A DNA stretch of 64,000 bases from Phyllosticta citribraziliensis (GCF_038025025.1 NW_027117338.1:3100001-3164000); one strand, 5' to 3'. Positions 1 to 13,634 are shown, counted from the stretch's first letter. Notes: a model not told the origin generated them from the letters alone. Translations and numbers: made by a program.

Positions 1-933
1 TGTGCGCCATGCTGTCCAGCCAGCCAGCCACTGATTACGCGGTTCATCAATTTGTCCAGCAGCCACGTCGTCGAGGCTGACCTGCCAGCTTGCTGCAAGA
101 CGACCCAAAAGCTGACCCGGCACGCCCGCGTCATAGACAGCATCATCTTCGTTGGTGACACTGCACAAGCAAGACGTCTGGGTACGTTTGAACCGAGCAA
201 GCAAGCCCGCACAGGACAAAAATCAAACAAGAAAAAAGAAACAAAATCGGGCATGTCGGGCCCCTCTGACACCGCCCACGCAACGTATAGGTGCGCGGCC
301 AGCTCTTATGGGTCCCGCGAGCGATAAAACTCCTCCGTCTGCGCACCGCTGAATCGCTGGACAGCAATGGATAACCAGGCAAAGCGACATGACGCCGCGT
401 TTGCGAGTGGCTGCTGAGAAGAACTGTCTGATGGGTGCGTGACGAGAGAAAGGAGGAGTTGTGAGAATTGGAAGGGTTTTGATGAGCCGCTGCGCCGCTA
501 GTGCCGGAACGGTTAGTGCGGTGCGGGCCGGCGGCGAAGCGAGCGATGAGGACGGATGATGTAGTGGCCGCTGCTGCTGTCGACTGCACCCGCAGAGGGT
601 CGACTGGTGCTTCGCCTTGTGCTCTGAACTCCCTCGATTGCTCAGTTGGGTGCTTTTTCTGCTTTGCTTCCTCTTGGCTTGGTCAAACGACTCCCGCATC
701 ACTTGTCCTTCAGCGCAAATATGGCGCCATTTCGCTCCTCCTCCAAGCGCTTGCCATCGGTTAGTTACTGCTGAAGGCAGCTCGTGTCGCAAGCGCAGGA
801 AGAAAGCTCGAAAGGCAGTCAATCTTGCAACGGTTTCCGATGGACTCGTGGAGAGCCCTTTTTGACAGCTTTGGTTAAGAAGGTCGCGGATGGATGCCCT
901 TCTCAGCACCCGGTCTTGACCTGACCTCGTCTC

Positions 934-2547
934 TCATGAAAAGCCCAGGAGCCGAGAGGATGGGGGATGTTCGCTGTCACTGTGGTTGGACATCGCTTCG
1001 ACAAAGATGGCGGCAATATCACACTTGACGCTCGTGTCTTGCTGCGTTCGTTTCGAAGCCATTGTCCGCATTCTCTTGGTCGACAATCGTATTCGTAGCC
1101 CTGGTGCTCTGCCGAGATCTTGTGAGTTTTCGACTATCAATCAGGCTCACAAGAAGCAAGACGGTGCTGACGTAGAATTACCCGGTAGCCTCTCCCTCTC
1201 CCTTGTTTGATATGGGGATCGTCTCTGGAATGGTGTCGTCTGGCCTCGAGTCATCCAGACCGATACAGGACAAACAGGAAAGCCTTTCAGCAAAGCAGCC
1301 GAATCTGTTGTCTGGAACTTTTTCAGGTCTCCGGTCTCCAATCCGAGTGCTTTTCTTGGCTTCTCCAGTGCCAGAAACAAATATCGGATGTTTTTGAATT
1401 TGCGCTTCGACTTGAGATACAACTGTCTGGTCGGATGGGGCATGGTCCAGCCCCCGCTGTTGTCTCCATGCTCTTGGCATAGCCTGAATTGGATCCTATC
1501 CAGCCACGGCTCAGGAAAGTGCCACGAATATGACAGGCCCTTCGGACGGATATCAACTACGCCCTCCGAGAACTTTTGAGCAACCATCATGTCCGCCTAA
1601 GCGGAGTCGGACATTGGCCATGATCCGTTTTCCATAGTGAGACTGGAAGGGACCCTGATATCAACGTCAGCTTCTCTTTCCTCGTCACTACAAGGGCGCC
1701 CAAAAAAGCTACTCACACCATCGGGCGGCTTTCTAAATCCGCTCGGGTCTTACAACAAGGAGAGCGGACATTGACTGATATCAAGAACGGTGGAGGGGTT
1801 GACAGGTAGAGCTGTTCCATATTCGGTTGTGATCTTCCAACGTTTTGTGGCCTGCTCATCGTCACAAGGGAGCGGTGAGATCGACCGACGGCTGGAGAAC
1901 CTGGAATGAGACCGTCCAAACCAGAAAGTGAAATCTTTCCATTCTGGATCTCGTTGCAAGAGCTCGCAGTGTCTGCCTGTTGCTTCAAGAACATCTTTTC
2001 CTGTCGGAGGTGCGCCCTGGTAGCGTTCAGCGTCGGCAATTCAACAACGTTCGTGGACATACAGGCGCCTGAGAACCATTGAGTCTGACTATGCGCTTAG
2101 TGATACTGCGTCTCCACCTTTGATGATCCGGATCGTCTGGGGAATCTTCGCCTCCGCATCAATTCCCCTGCGTTCACATGGCGCAGAGACCTCGTCGTTT
2201 TGCTTTCGTCAAAGACTCCAAGTGGTCAACGGCATCACTACCTCCACCAGTAATACTGGTAAGAAATACAGGTGAGTCATTCGCCAAAAGACCTACTGCT
2301 GTGGTTTGATTGGTAGGAGAGGATTACTGTGACTGTTGGAAGATCCACATAGCATCAGTCGAGCCGGCGGCGTAGAACATTGAAAGTCACCTAAACCTCC
2401 GAGAAGAAAAATCCGGACGTTGACAGAGCTGCAAGCAATGAAGAGGAAATAATCCTCCGGAATCCGAAGACGTTTGAAGTTGAAAGATGGCAGTCTTACT
2501 CTTCGGGGTCGCCGAAGGTCATTCACGATGGGATGAGGTATAGCCAC
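934..2547 (-). pseudogene. Possible decayed intron-containing gene of unknown family
   Basis: Canonical-looking intron 1716-1655 (GTGAGT...GCTGAC...CAG) flanked by short protein-like ORF fragments (2293-2547, 1713-2060, 1750-1959, 1147-1590) that do not join into one stop-free frame; boundaries approximate. Confidence 0.25.
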
Positions 2548-4366
2548 GCCCGCTCAAGAGACTGCCGACGATGATCCCAAGGGTGCCCAGAAAAGCCAAC
2601 ACCAAACACCTACCCAAAGAGACACACAAGAGAGCGATCGTGCGCACCTGGACCATCCAAGTCGAGGCCGTCTCGCAGGTGCCGCATCGGACGACGGACT
2701 GACTTACCCCATATGTCCGGACCGGAATCGGATGGCCCTTCGGACCCCATCGTCACCCAGCGTCGGTGCAGGCACCCAGCGGGCTCTTATGACATGGTTC
2801 CCGTCAGGGTGTTTTTACCACGTACCCGATGGTATGGAAAAGCGATAGCGAATAGCAATAAGTCTAAAATCGAGCCCGACATGCGGACCGGGTAACGTCA
2901 CGCCGCAAGCAATCGGCCGCGCTCCCGTCCGTGTTGCCCTAGCCTCCGCCGTCTCAACACAGACCTGACTTCAGTGACTTTTCTCATGCGCCTCTTCTAG
3001 GTCAGTCTCGGACGGAGCCGGGGAAATTGTCCTCCTCCCAGCTCAAGACATAAAGTGACACAACTTTCGGAGGATTGCACCACAACAAATTGCCGAGTAC
3101 TTAGGGCTCTGAAGGATTGTTTGACAGACGGCATCCTTATTATCCCCAAGTGCCCAAGCTTTTTCCACACGCGTGGCTTGGCTGTGAGCCCTCTGTCGCA
3201 AAACCCACCGGCGCAAGACTGGAACTGAACGCCATGACATTCGACGACGAGGCTCGCCTCGAGGAACAAACAACCTTCTACTGCGGGCCGGTTGTCGAGC
3301 TGCTCACGTTTTCCGCACACACAACCAGCCCATTGGATCTCCTCGCTGGTGTCAACTTTCTCCTTCTCCTACTCGGCCACGACTGCCCGTTATTTGGGAA
3401 TCCCCGCGCCATCAATCCTCTGCAACGGTCAGTCCCTGGTTGAACCCGACGGCGAATAAAACCGGCAATACTTGCGGCAAAAGAACGGCTCGTCCCGCCT
3501 TATCGATTCATGTGGCATATCCGAGTTGGGTCAGGACTGCGAGCTACGAGGGATCGGGAGGCTGCTGCGAGGCAATCCGCTTTCCAACACCCTGAAGGCT
3601 TGGGCACATATTTTGGGAGGAGCGCGAGGTGTTTGGCACCCGAACAACCCTGATCCACACTTTTGGGATGACATGGAAGCGCACGGCATCAATGGCCCGT
3701 CTTGTCGGCTCTTCCGGGCCGCAGCAAGTGCTGCTCAGTATTGAAAGGCCATTCGCACTATTGCGGAGGGACGAAGGTATGGATGCCAAGAATACAGAAA
3801 GTTAGTGCCTATAGGCATTTACCGTTTTTTCCCCTTTTGCATGGCGACCAATTATGGAAACAGTTGGCGCGACTTTTCCCCCCATCTTTTCCCAAATCCA
3901 TCCCGCATCGCAAATGAGAATCCGGTATGACAAAAATGCCCACGCAGCTGACCAAGCCAGTCCCCGATAACAAAAGCATTCAAGACTGATAGAAAACTGA
4001 ACCGCCGGACCGCGGAAGCTATCCACATCCGAAGCGAAGGGCATATCCGGAAGATAAAACAACGGTCCCGAATCATGCCGGCCTGCTTTTTTTCCAACCG
4101 CGTTTCTCGAGCCGAATCGACGGACGTTTCGATGAAAGCATTTGCATGCTTAGGTCCTCGCCAACAAACTTGCGTAATAAGAATCTGAAAAGTGGAGGGT
4201 TCAGGGAGAACAAGTAGAGTGAGTAAGGGCGGGCCGGAGAGACGAAAGGAGACCACGGCGGGGGCGGCAGCGATGGCAACAAGAGGTATGGGAATGGATG
4301 ACCAAGACACTATGGCATCTGCCTCTCCTCCTCCTCCTCCTCCTTTTCCTTCCTCAATCAACTTCA

Positions 4367-7300
4367 TCACAACCCCCAGCCGCCGCGCCCCTGACTGCCG
4401 CCGCCCATGACGTCCCAGTCGATCCAGCCGGGCACCACCGCGTTTCCCGCCGCTCCCGACCCGGTGCTGCCAGAGGCGCCATTGTTGCCGTTGCCGCTGC
4501 CTTGGCTGTTGCTGAAGACGTCGGCGCCCAGCCAGTCGAGGCTGGGCTGGACGTCGAACAGGGCGTTGAACATCTCTTCGGAGCTGCCAGTCTGCGGGCC
4601 CTCGGCGCCGGCGCTGCCTGCTGCTCCTGCTGCTCCTTCAACAGCAGCACTTCCACTTCCTGTTGCTGTTGCTGTTGCTCTGCTTCCGCTCGCTCCCACT
4701 CCTCCGCTTTCGGGATACATGGACGTCTGGTACCATGGCGGCTGCGAGAGCTCGGGCGTCATCATCGCCACGGTGCTCCCGCCCATGACGCTGTTGGGAT
4801 AGAACGGCTGTGGTCTTTCCTGGCCGCTGCCTCCGCCGCTGCCGCCAACGCCGACGCTGCGCGGCCGACTTGCTCTTGGATCGCCTCTTGCGCCTTGTCC
4901 CGCGCCGCTGCCGCTCGCTCCATACGACGTTCCGCCGCCACCGCCACTGCCGACGCCTCCCTCCTCTCCCGCCTCTCCCAACGCACTGGGACCGCCTTCG
5001 GCGCCAGGCTCGGGCGTCTGGTTCGCGGCGGCGGCAGCCGCTTTGGCGCGTTGGATCAGCGGCGTGCACAGGCCGACGAGCGTGGCACACAGCTTTTGCA
5101 GCCGGATGGCCGAGTCGTTGAGCGCGGGCAGCTCCGTCAGGGACTCGGCGAAGTCGCGCATGATTTCGTAGTCGGCGACGTGCGAGGTGGCGACGACGTT
5201 GCAGAAGAGGACGTAGTATGGCCGGAGGGGGTAGTATAGAACTGTCCTGCATGGGTTGTTAGATAAGGGGCTGCCGTGTACAAAGACATTTGCATTCCGC
5301 GTTGATGTTGTTGTTGGCTGGCCCATAGGGGGCGTTCGTTCCATCCCATCCCATCTCTTTACAGGCTTGTTCGTGAGACACACGGGGAGGAGAGACAGAG
5401 AGGGAGAACATAAGAGAAATCGGCGCAAAACTGACCAACACAACTGTTCGCGGTGCATGTTTTGAGCGGCGGAAGAAGAGACTGACCAAGGCAAGAACAT
5501 GGCGAAGCACTTCTCGTCCATAGCGCTTTTGAGGTGCTGGCGCAGGTTCTGCAGCGCGATGAAGGCCGCCCGCGCGTTCTCCAGGCACTCCTCGCGCTTG
5601 ATGGCGTCCGACACGATGGAGCTGTCGGACCGGATGATGACCGTCATGATCGAGTGGTATATGAAGTCGAGCGACGTCCATTCGCTGATCATGCTCGCGT
5701 CGGTCGAGTGCGGTGGGAAGGCTCGGAGCTGTTGTTTGTGGCTCTGTTAGTGTGTTTCTTTTGAAATGGTCCATCTTCACCGTCTGTCCGTGTCGTTTGT
5801 GTTTTCTTTCTAAGATAGGAATGCATCAATCATTCCCCGAGCGTGCTGGCGAGTAGTACCTCTGTGATTTGCTTCTTGATCTGCGCCATGCGCTTCTTCA
5901 GCGCCGACACGGTGTGCTCTTGCCGCTGCGGCGAGTTGGTCTGCGCAGGCTGGAAATGCAACTCGCACATGATAGTCGCCTGCACGGCAGCAAACTGGTA
6001 CAGCGCTGCCAAGATAGCCGTAAACGGCTTGTCTCGATCCGACGGCGCGGCGATTTCGACTGGCACGTCCCACACGGGCAGCACGACCGGCCGATGCAGG
6101 CTCATAGCCGAGCCCTTGTCGAAGATGAATGTCCACAGAAAACACGCGCGCGCCTCCTTTTCTTCCTGCGTCTGCTCCGAGTATGGAGTGCTCAGTGGCT
6201 GCGGGTGGTGGAGACCCAGCGCTACGCAGACGCGGCAGGCTACCGTGTTGAGAGTCCAGCATTTCGGCGTGTCGCCGAGTCTTTGGAGGAGGACGACCTG
6301 CGGAGTTGGCGTTAGTACGCCTTTATCAGCACCCGATCCGTTGCACTCACCCCTGAGAGAAGCGCCTGGAGCAAGGGAAGGCTAGGTTTAGCCAGTATGC
6401 TAATGTAGTTCAGCCCAATCAATGCTTTCCTGAGGTAGATATCTCTGGATCTGTCCAGGACCTCGGTCATGGGCTCGTGCATCTCCTCTCCGTTGAGGCG
6501 AGTGAGGAAGGCGTAGGCGTAGCTGTTGACGCATATGGAGTATTGAATAAGGGTCGCCTCGTCCTCTTTTGCGTCCACCAAAGCCACCGTCATCCGTTCC
6601 AACGTTTTTGCCGAGATGAAGGACGAGAACTCTAGATACCAGTTGGCCGGGTACGAATATCGGGACTCTGAAGGCCCCATCTTGGTTAGCAGGTCATCGT
6701 AGGCGCTTTGGATTTTGGGCTCGTTACCAGCCAGCATCAAGTGCACGAATTCTGGTGACGGGGGACTGATGATGTCGGGGATGTCGGCACTGCAGCTTTT
6801 GGTACTGGGCGTAGCCTCCGAGTGGACACCATGAGACATTTGGTTGATGAAGCGCAAGGCCGTCTCCAACACTGCCTTCTTCTCGGAGGGGAAACTCTGA
6901 GAGGCCTCGGCCAGCTCCCCTTGGATGAACTTTTGCGCCTCCAGGGTGGTTGCTCTTGCGAGATCCTGTTCGAGCTGGCATTTCCGCGTTTCGATTTCGG
7001 CGCTGTCTTGACGTTCTTCTTTAGTTCGATCCTCTGGACTTTCCACACGCATTCTCTTCGAGGCACGACCGCCCCTTTCCTCGGACCTCGACTCGCTAGA
7101 ACCTCTTCGTAATTGGCTCCGATCTCGGGGCCCGCTCAGATCTTCTGGCTGCGGCGAAGGAGATGCGCTATCTCGCTGTTGAATGGGACTTTTGGATAGG
7201 ACGGTGGTCAACCGGGTCACCGAGTCTTCCAATCGTACGAGTCTATTAATCATCGATTCGGTCTTTTCACTGCGGGGTGTCAGTAGATGGAAATCCCTCT

Positions 7301-7632
7301 ACAGACGACTCACGGTCTCGTGTCGTACTTCTGGTTTGTCGACGACTGCCTCGGCCTACCGACGCGTTTCGGACGCGTTCTTAGACACTGCGTGTTGGCA
7401 TCGAGACAGTTACCACAAGGATCATTTCGATCGCATTTAATCTTCGTTCCAGTCAGATGGGTTTGTGTATTTTCAATTTATTGGTTCACCTTTCGTGCGT
7501 AGCACAAGTCGCACTATTGCAGTGTCAGCAGAGATTTTGCAAAGCCGAGTTTGAGAGAGCAGGAAAGAGAGTTTGAGCCCGACTTACGGCTGGATGAGCA
7601 GAATTGCCAGTTCTACCTATAAAGGTGGCCAT
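4367..7632 (-). CDS. Zn(II)2Cys6 (GAL4-type) transcription factor with fungal-specific middle homology region
   Basis: ATG 7632. Splicing 7587-7514 and 7489-7442 gives MATFIGRTGNSAHPA-CDLCYARKIKCDRNDPCGNCLDANTQC (Cx2Cx6Cx5Cx2Cx6C) followed by a basic linker RTRPKRVGRPR. MHR motif ACRVCVALGLH...RACFLWTFIFDKGSAMSLHRP at ~6.1-6.25 kb. Further introns include 6727-6668 and 5486-5247. G/S-rich C-terminus ending at the stop at 4367. Confidence 0.9.
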
Positions 7633-9907
7633 CAAAAGGGATTCTGGAAGCGGCGAGTAGTGATGATAGCAAGTAGATGCCGAAGAAGCGGAATTCAGAG
7701 GACCGAGCGGGAAGCCTACGGGGCGGGCTGTAGTTAAGGCCTACTTCGACATCGAGTACCGGTTTCGAAAGAGAACGGTATGCGGTCAGGGCGGCGGTGT
7801 GGCGGATAAGGCTGAAGCTTCTGAGTTTACTGCGGCGACTGATGGAAAGTGGTCCGCGTCTTGACTTAATCATTCGTCGACATAGCGCTCTCCCTCACGG
7901 CGAGTCCGTTACACATTACTCATCCAGTCCAATCCCGCTAGCTTTTTGCAGCTGATTTACCTAGCAGGCCCCTTGAGCGTGCATTGCTGTAAAAAACAAT
8001 TATGCCCGTCTTCTCCATAGAAACCCCGGCTGCGACTTTTCGATGTTTAGATGGGGGTGGCGGTTCATGCCGTAATACACTGCGATGCACGCCATCACGA
8101 GGCAGCGCGCGCTACCTGCCGGCCAGTGAGGGCCCTCAGGCCGAGGGACGTATGGCTGTGCTTAACCCGGCCGTCTCCGCCATGCTGCCTTCTCAGTGGT
8201 TGGTTACTAGGCTGGCACTAGGAAACGTCTGTGTCAGGCCAAGGCCAAGCTTCTGCTATGGCGATTCGATACTGGGACCGGATCTTAGGTCATCTCCGCA
8301 ACCAGCTTTGGTTGCGAACATTGGCGGAGTCAACGGCTTGTTTTTACCACGCGCGCTCGGAGCCGCCCTAAACCGGTTTGGCGCTCTCCCGTCTTGTCAC
8401 AACTGGTTCCCTCCTGTCGACTTGACAAGTTTGATGGTTATTGTCGCCGTTGAGGCTCCTGCACGTGTGTTGCTAGCGTTACCCGAGAACAAGTCACGTA
8501 CCGTCTGGATACTACGTCAAAGGTTGGTTCTTTGGCATGCACTGTGCGGGGAGATGTGTACTTGTGCCGTGTACATGGGTCTCTATTGGTCTGTCGCCCC
8601 CCTGTGAATGGCTCGACACGCGACGAGGCTATTTCGACTCTACAATCCCCTGTAGCAACGCCAAAACTCTCGTCCCGATGTAACGGCGCGGTTCCTGAGT
8701 CGCTGTGCAGTCAGCTCATTCTTCGCAACACCTTTCCGTTTCCCGGAGACCGCTTCCCGGGGACCTCGGGGACCTTGGCGGCCAGGAATGCAGCCACGCA
8801 ACTACCCCGTGTCTTTCTTCGATCGTCTGTGGTTTTGACAGTCCGCAGTCCGGGATCTGTAACACCCACTGTTCGATTCCATCGTTGTAGACTGATCTGA
8901 TTAGATTCGCCTCGCATTTCCTATTCGAGGATAGGGTCAGCACTAGGATTTCGTCTCAAAAGTTGATCGTCAACGGCCAGTGTCTGGTGCTAGGATCTTG
9001 GTAGATCGCGTTCACAGTCTGCTCAGTCATGAACACAGTGCCAATGTATCTCCATCGCGTCATCCCCACAAGCGACGTTAGACCTTGCAACCAGCGTCGG
9101 ACAAGGATTTGGCATGCGGGTGTTGATTGGACCTGTCAAGAAGGCTTTTCCCCGCGTGTCTTGATCTGCAAGTGCGGGTAGCTAGCCGTAGATTCCGACT
9201 GGGTAGCTTCCACGATGGATCCATGCTGTCGCCGTCTTTTACCAGCACATGTCAATCTGAAAGGAGCGTGGTAGACGTGGCGCCAAGCGCAGCTTGACTT
9301 GGGAAGCATATGGTCAAGATGTGCCGTCGATCTGCCGTACGAAAATATCCATGGCGGCGCGGCTTGTGCCGCATCAAGCCTTGGTACTGCAAGCAGGTGC
9401 TGCAGAAATTCAAAACCCTCCGGTGGAGAAGTCGGTTGGTTTCTGCAGCCGTTGTAGGAGCGCCAAGGGATCTCGACCGAGCTGTTCGAGGCCGAAAACT
9501 TAAGACCGAAGATCTTCGCACCGACCTCGCTGTGCTGCTATACGAAGCAACGAAGATCAATGGACCAAGGATTGATGACCGGTGTTTGGGTCAGGCAGGC
9601 CTTCAAGTCAAGTGATCTCCACTAAAACTGAGTCTCTGATTCATCTGCAGCATGGTAGACTCTGTTACGCACCAAGGACTCGCTGTCTCTTTCCTCGAAG
9701 ACAGTAAGAGCTCAAAGCACACGTTTGACGTTTAGCAATTCGTCATTTGCTATACTGAGAGCGCGAATGTAGTGGTAGGTAGTGATTGGATAGCAACTCA
9801 TTCCACATGGCGTTAGTCGTTTTGTCGGGATTCTTATTTCATTGCTTGCTCCTATATCTTTCCTTCCCGCCCGTCTAGTCGGACCTCTTATTTCCGCCGT
9901 TTAAAGC

Positions 9908-11927
9908 TTATTTGCTCTTTCCAGTGGGGATCTGGAACAGCACAGCAGGTTTGCCGTGTTGGAATGCCCTATCCACTCTGAAGAAACCCTTGCGATCAAA
10001 TTGAATAATGTCGTCGACCTTGAGTTTCGCCACATTTTGATCCGCGACGGCTTCAGTTCTGAATTCCGTCTTGGGCGTGATGAAGTCCTCAAACTTGTCC
10101 TCTTCACCCAGCTTGTCCTTGGTAATGAGAAAGTCGAAATCAACCAGCTCAACGGGAACGAGGTCCTGCGCCGTACTGAGCCAGGTCACCTTCTTTGCCG
10201 TCTTCTTGACATCTCCCTGGAGGTGCAGCTCCAGCTCGAGGCCGGTGATGGGAGTCTTGCCAGACTTGAGCAGGTTGACGGGGTTGATCGAGTGTGAAAT
10301 CTTGCGAACGATGGCGTTGCCCCAGTTCATGAGGGTAATCTCCTCATCCTGGACAAAGGACTGCGCGTCCTCCTGATCGAGGAGGACTTCGGAGCTGAAT
10401 GTGACCTTCTTCATGCCGACATCCGCATTCTTGGCATGCAAAGGTTTCTGCCAGAGTCAGCAATGCTCATTAGGCCCGAATCATACCCGAATCATAAACT
10501 CACCTCTTCAGTGTAGGGACCTGGATGAGCAAATCCGATGATCTTGACCGGCACCTTGTCGGTAGACTCGACAGCAGTGTAACGACCGGCAATGGGATCA
10601 ATATACTTCTTGTTGGTAGCCCAGAACGTCGTCCAGTCGAGGTTGACAATGTTCTTGCTGGGACCCTGCTTGAGGATAAACTCCTGCAAGGCGGGAATGG
10701 TCATACCGCGCCTGCGGATACCACGGACGGTGGGCATGCGCGGGTCGTCCCAGCCCCAAACGAGACCAGCATCGACGAGCTTGGTCAGCTTGCGCTTGGA
10801 CAACAAAGTCCGGATAAAGTTCATGCGCGCAAAGTCCCAATTGTGGACACCGCGCAGCTTGAGAGCCTTGATGAACCACTGGTACTGAGCGTCGCGGTCC
10901 TTGTATTCAGTGGTACGCAGAGCGTGCGTAACACCCTCGAGAGAATCCACAATGGGACAGCAAAAGTCGTAGGTAGGATAGATCTTCCAGGTAGCGCCAG
11001 TGCGGTGGTGCTCCTGGGGGTTGCAGCGGTAGACAACAGGGTCACGCAGAGCCTTGTTGGGGTCGTCCACGGAAAGCTTCGCGCGAATACACCATCTGGT
11101 ACCCTCCTCAGTGGCTTTCTTCATCTCCTCGAAGTGCGCCAGGTTCTCCTCCACAGACGCATCCCTTCTCTTGCTGGCGATTCCATCCATGCGCTCCTTA
11201 CGCATCTGCTCCTGCTCGGTGTCGTCCGCATACGCATTGCCCTCCTTTATCAACTGGATGCAGTATTCGTAAAGCTCCTGGAAATAGTCGCTGGTGTGGG
11301 TGGTCTTGTCAGGCTTGATGCCCATGAGTGCCAAGTCCTCGATGATGGAGTCTTGGAATTCCTGCTTCTCCTTTGACGGGTTGGTGTCGTCGAAACGAAG
11401 GATGAGGGTTCCTTGGTACTTCTTGTGCGCAAAGTAATCGTTCAGCAGTGCGGCCTTTGCGTGACCAATGTGGAGGTATCCTCTGGGAACTCTTATTAGC
11501 GTGGACTGAGGAATGCCGCAGGAACAACGTACGAAGGCTCAGGAGGAAATCTCGTAACGACACCATTCTCCACATCCTGAAGACCAATGTCGTAGTTGCC
11601 CTCGTCGCCCTTCTTCTCCTCGGCGGCAGCGGCCTTCTTGGCAGGCCTGTGAGCCAGCGCCGATTGCTCTGGGTATGCCTCCTCAATGTACTTGAACCAG
11701 CGGGTCAAGTTGACCATGAGGTTCTGCTTGATGTAGGCATGAGCGACACGGTTGTCCCTCAGCGTCTTCCAAACGGTAACGTCGGCGTCGGTCAGGCCAT
11801 AGCCAACAATGTGGGAGCGGAGGGTAAGGTGAGCATCGAGCTCGGCGAGCGGGGCCTCAATGGCTTTGAGGTTGAGAGGGGTGAGCTTTGCGGCGCGATC
11901 CTGCCACTCTTTGATCTGGGCCTCCAT
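9908..11927 (-). CDS. GUS1: Cytosolic glutamyl-tRNA synthetase (~637 aa)
   Basis: Introns 11532-11483 and 10503-10448. [20 protein letters not shown] (HIGH motif), LRFDDTNP, IYPTYDF, THALRTTEY, LSKRKL, WGWDDPR; GST-like N-terminal segment; C-terminal IQFDRKGFFRVD...IPTGK. Confidence 0.97.
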
Positions 11928-12863
11928 TTTGCAAGTGGTGATGTTCGATGAGGTTGTGCGTGTGACGGAGGACTGATGGCGGGGCGGATTTTGCCCGCCA
12001 TTGAGTCAAACAGCGCGCCACAGTTGAGTCACCGCCGCTTCGTGGCGGTGCTGGACGACGACCTCACGCGACGCTCCGCCAGACCATCAACTTTCATCAG
12101 CTCTTTCGACATGACCCCTTTGACGATCGACCCTCGCATTTTCTACCGATGGAGATCTTCAAATTGCTACGGATTGCACAATTCAGCATGATTCGATACT
12201 GACACAAGACGGACAAAGTTGACATCTTACGACATCTCAGCAATAGGACGAGAACGACCTCTGGAAGGTTAACAATTTCACAGGCAATGGCAAACCACCA
12301 AAAGAGCTTGGATCAAAGAAGGATTGTTGACCCTCTTCGCCTCGGATAATGCCTGGCTCCAATTAGACCTGGCTCAGGCGAAAACCCATCACCTAGGCCA
12401 CAACTCCAAACGGTGCCTCCCAAGAAGGACAAAAAGGAGAATGCCGCTGTTCATATACCATAGCGATAGACGCATTCTCCCCCCTTCTACCACCTGTCCG
12501 GAACACCCTCTTCCGCCGCCCGAGGCTGCATTATAAGGATTGAAAACCGATGACTCTCAACCAGCCTTCTTTGCTTTCTGGGAGGCTCTGGAATCATAGC
12601 ACCGATTCCAAGAACTTCATAGATTGGGTTTTGGTTTGATCAGCTTGAAATCCAAACAACGAAAAGAGGCACAGCGAAGCGGGAGAGGTTCATACTTTCG
12701 TAAACCTCGGATGCAGTTTCTGAACCTGAGCCCTCTTCTGAAGGCCGTCCTGCCAGCCTGGGACTCTTTCTTTTCCACGATTCCACCAGAGTAGTGCGGT
12801 GCGCTCGGACATCAGCAGTTGGCGTTTCCTCGTCACCCCATCTCCTTACAATGATGTGTCCCA

Positions 12864-13634
12864 TCATGTCACTGCCCCAGCAATGTTCGCCCAATTGTCC
12901 GTGTCGAAAAAGCTTTCGAATACGAGAGAATCGCTCAGTCTACTCAATGGAACCACTGAAGGAACAGATTCCTTCTCCAAAAACACCGTGATTTCGGTGG
13001 CCTTGGCCAGATCCTCCATATACCGTAAGAGGCACGACGAAGCGACGGTCGACGGTACGGGGATGTCGCGATTCGGGCCAATGATTTTTGGACGAGGTGA
13101 CTCTTTGAGGGTGAGGGAGAGCTCGACTTCGACGACATCATCTGCCAGTTTATCGGCATAGGTAAAGGCACGGCACACCTGGCTTGGAAGCTCGCTTCGT
13201 CGACGTATTTTGACATTGTCCCTTCCCTCGGCAGGTCCTTTGTATCTGCATTTGCAGCCGCATTCTCGACAACCAGGCCCGGAATCGTCATCTGCGGGAT
13301 CCATGTTTGTGTACAAGGTTGTTTCCACTCCGCGCAGGCATTCTCCACCAATGTCAAGATCGACGTCCACTTTAATGCCGCCCCAGCCTTCGAGATGCAA
13401 AGGAATTCGCAGTTTGACGTGAAAATTACGGGACTGAAAGGATGAAACGTTCGACATCGAAAGTGTGGATTTGATATTGGCTTTGGTAAGTGGTGTCGGC
13501 AACCGGTGCCCAATGAATGTAGGTGGCGAATGCTTCGATGCTTTCCATGAGACGACGACAGGAGAGTCAGCCTTGCAGCAGGAAATTTCATCGTACAGCG
13601 ATCTTAGAGGGGATTCTGAGGGCGGAGTGGCCAT
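12864..13634 (-). CDS. Uncharacterised protein, family copy A (~256 aa)
   Basis: Open frame from ATG 13634 (MATPPSESP...). Shares colinear motifs GHRLPT, KLR(I/V)P(L/V)HLEG, CxxCGCxCRxKGPAEG and PNxDxPxPxTxAS with the ORF at 41046-42164. Start codon uncertain. Confidence 0.8.
   Translation of the reverse strand: MATPPSESPLRSLYDEISCCKADSPVVVSWKASKHSPPTFIGHRLPTPLTKANIKSTLSMSNVSSFQSRNFHVKLRIPLHLEGWGGIKVDVDLDIGGECLRGVETTLYTNMDPADDDSGPGCRECGCKCRYKGPAEGRDNVKIRRRSELPSQVCRAFTYADKLADDVVEVELSLTLKESPRPKIIGPNRDIPVPSTVASSCLLRYMEDLAKATEITVFLEKESVPSVVPLSRLSDSLVFESFFDTDNWANIAGAVT

Noticed and set aside
4298..5239. 313-aa plus-strand ORF with a signal-peptide-like start and Cys runs
   Set aside because: Antisense to the Gly/Ala-rich tail of the transcription factor; the Leu and Cys runs come from (CCT)n and (GCT/GTT)n repeats.
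9420..9500. EVGWFLQPL*ERQGISTELFEA, faintly like a RimJ/RimL GNAT motif
   Set aside because: Short, stop-interrupted and without supporting flanking similarity; probably chance.
10525..11376. 283-aa ORF opposite GluRS
   Set aside because: Antisense shadow of a highly biased gene.
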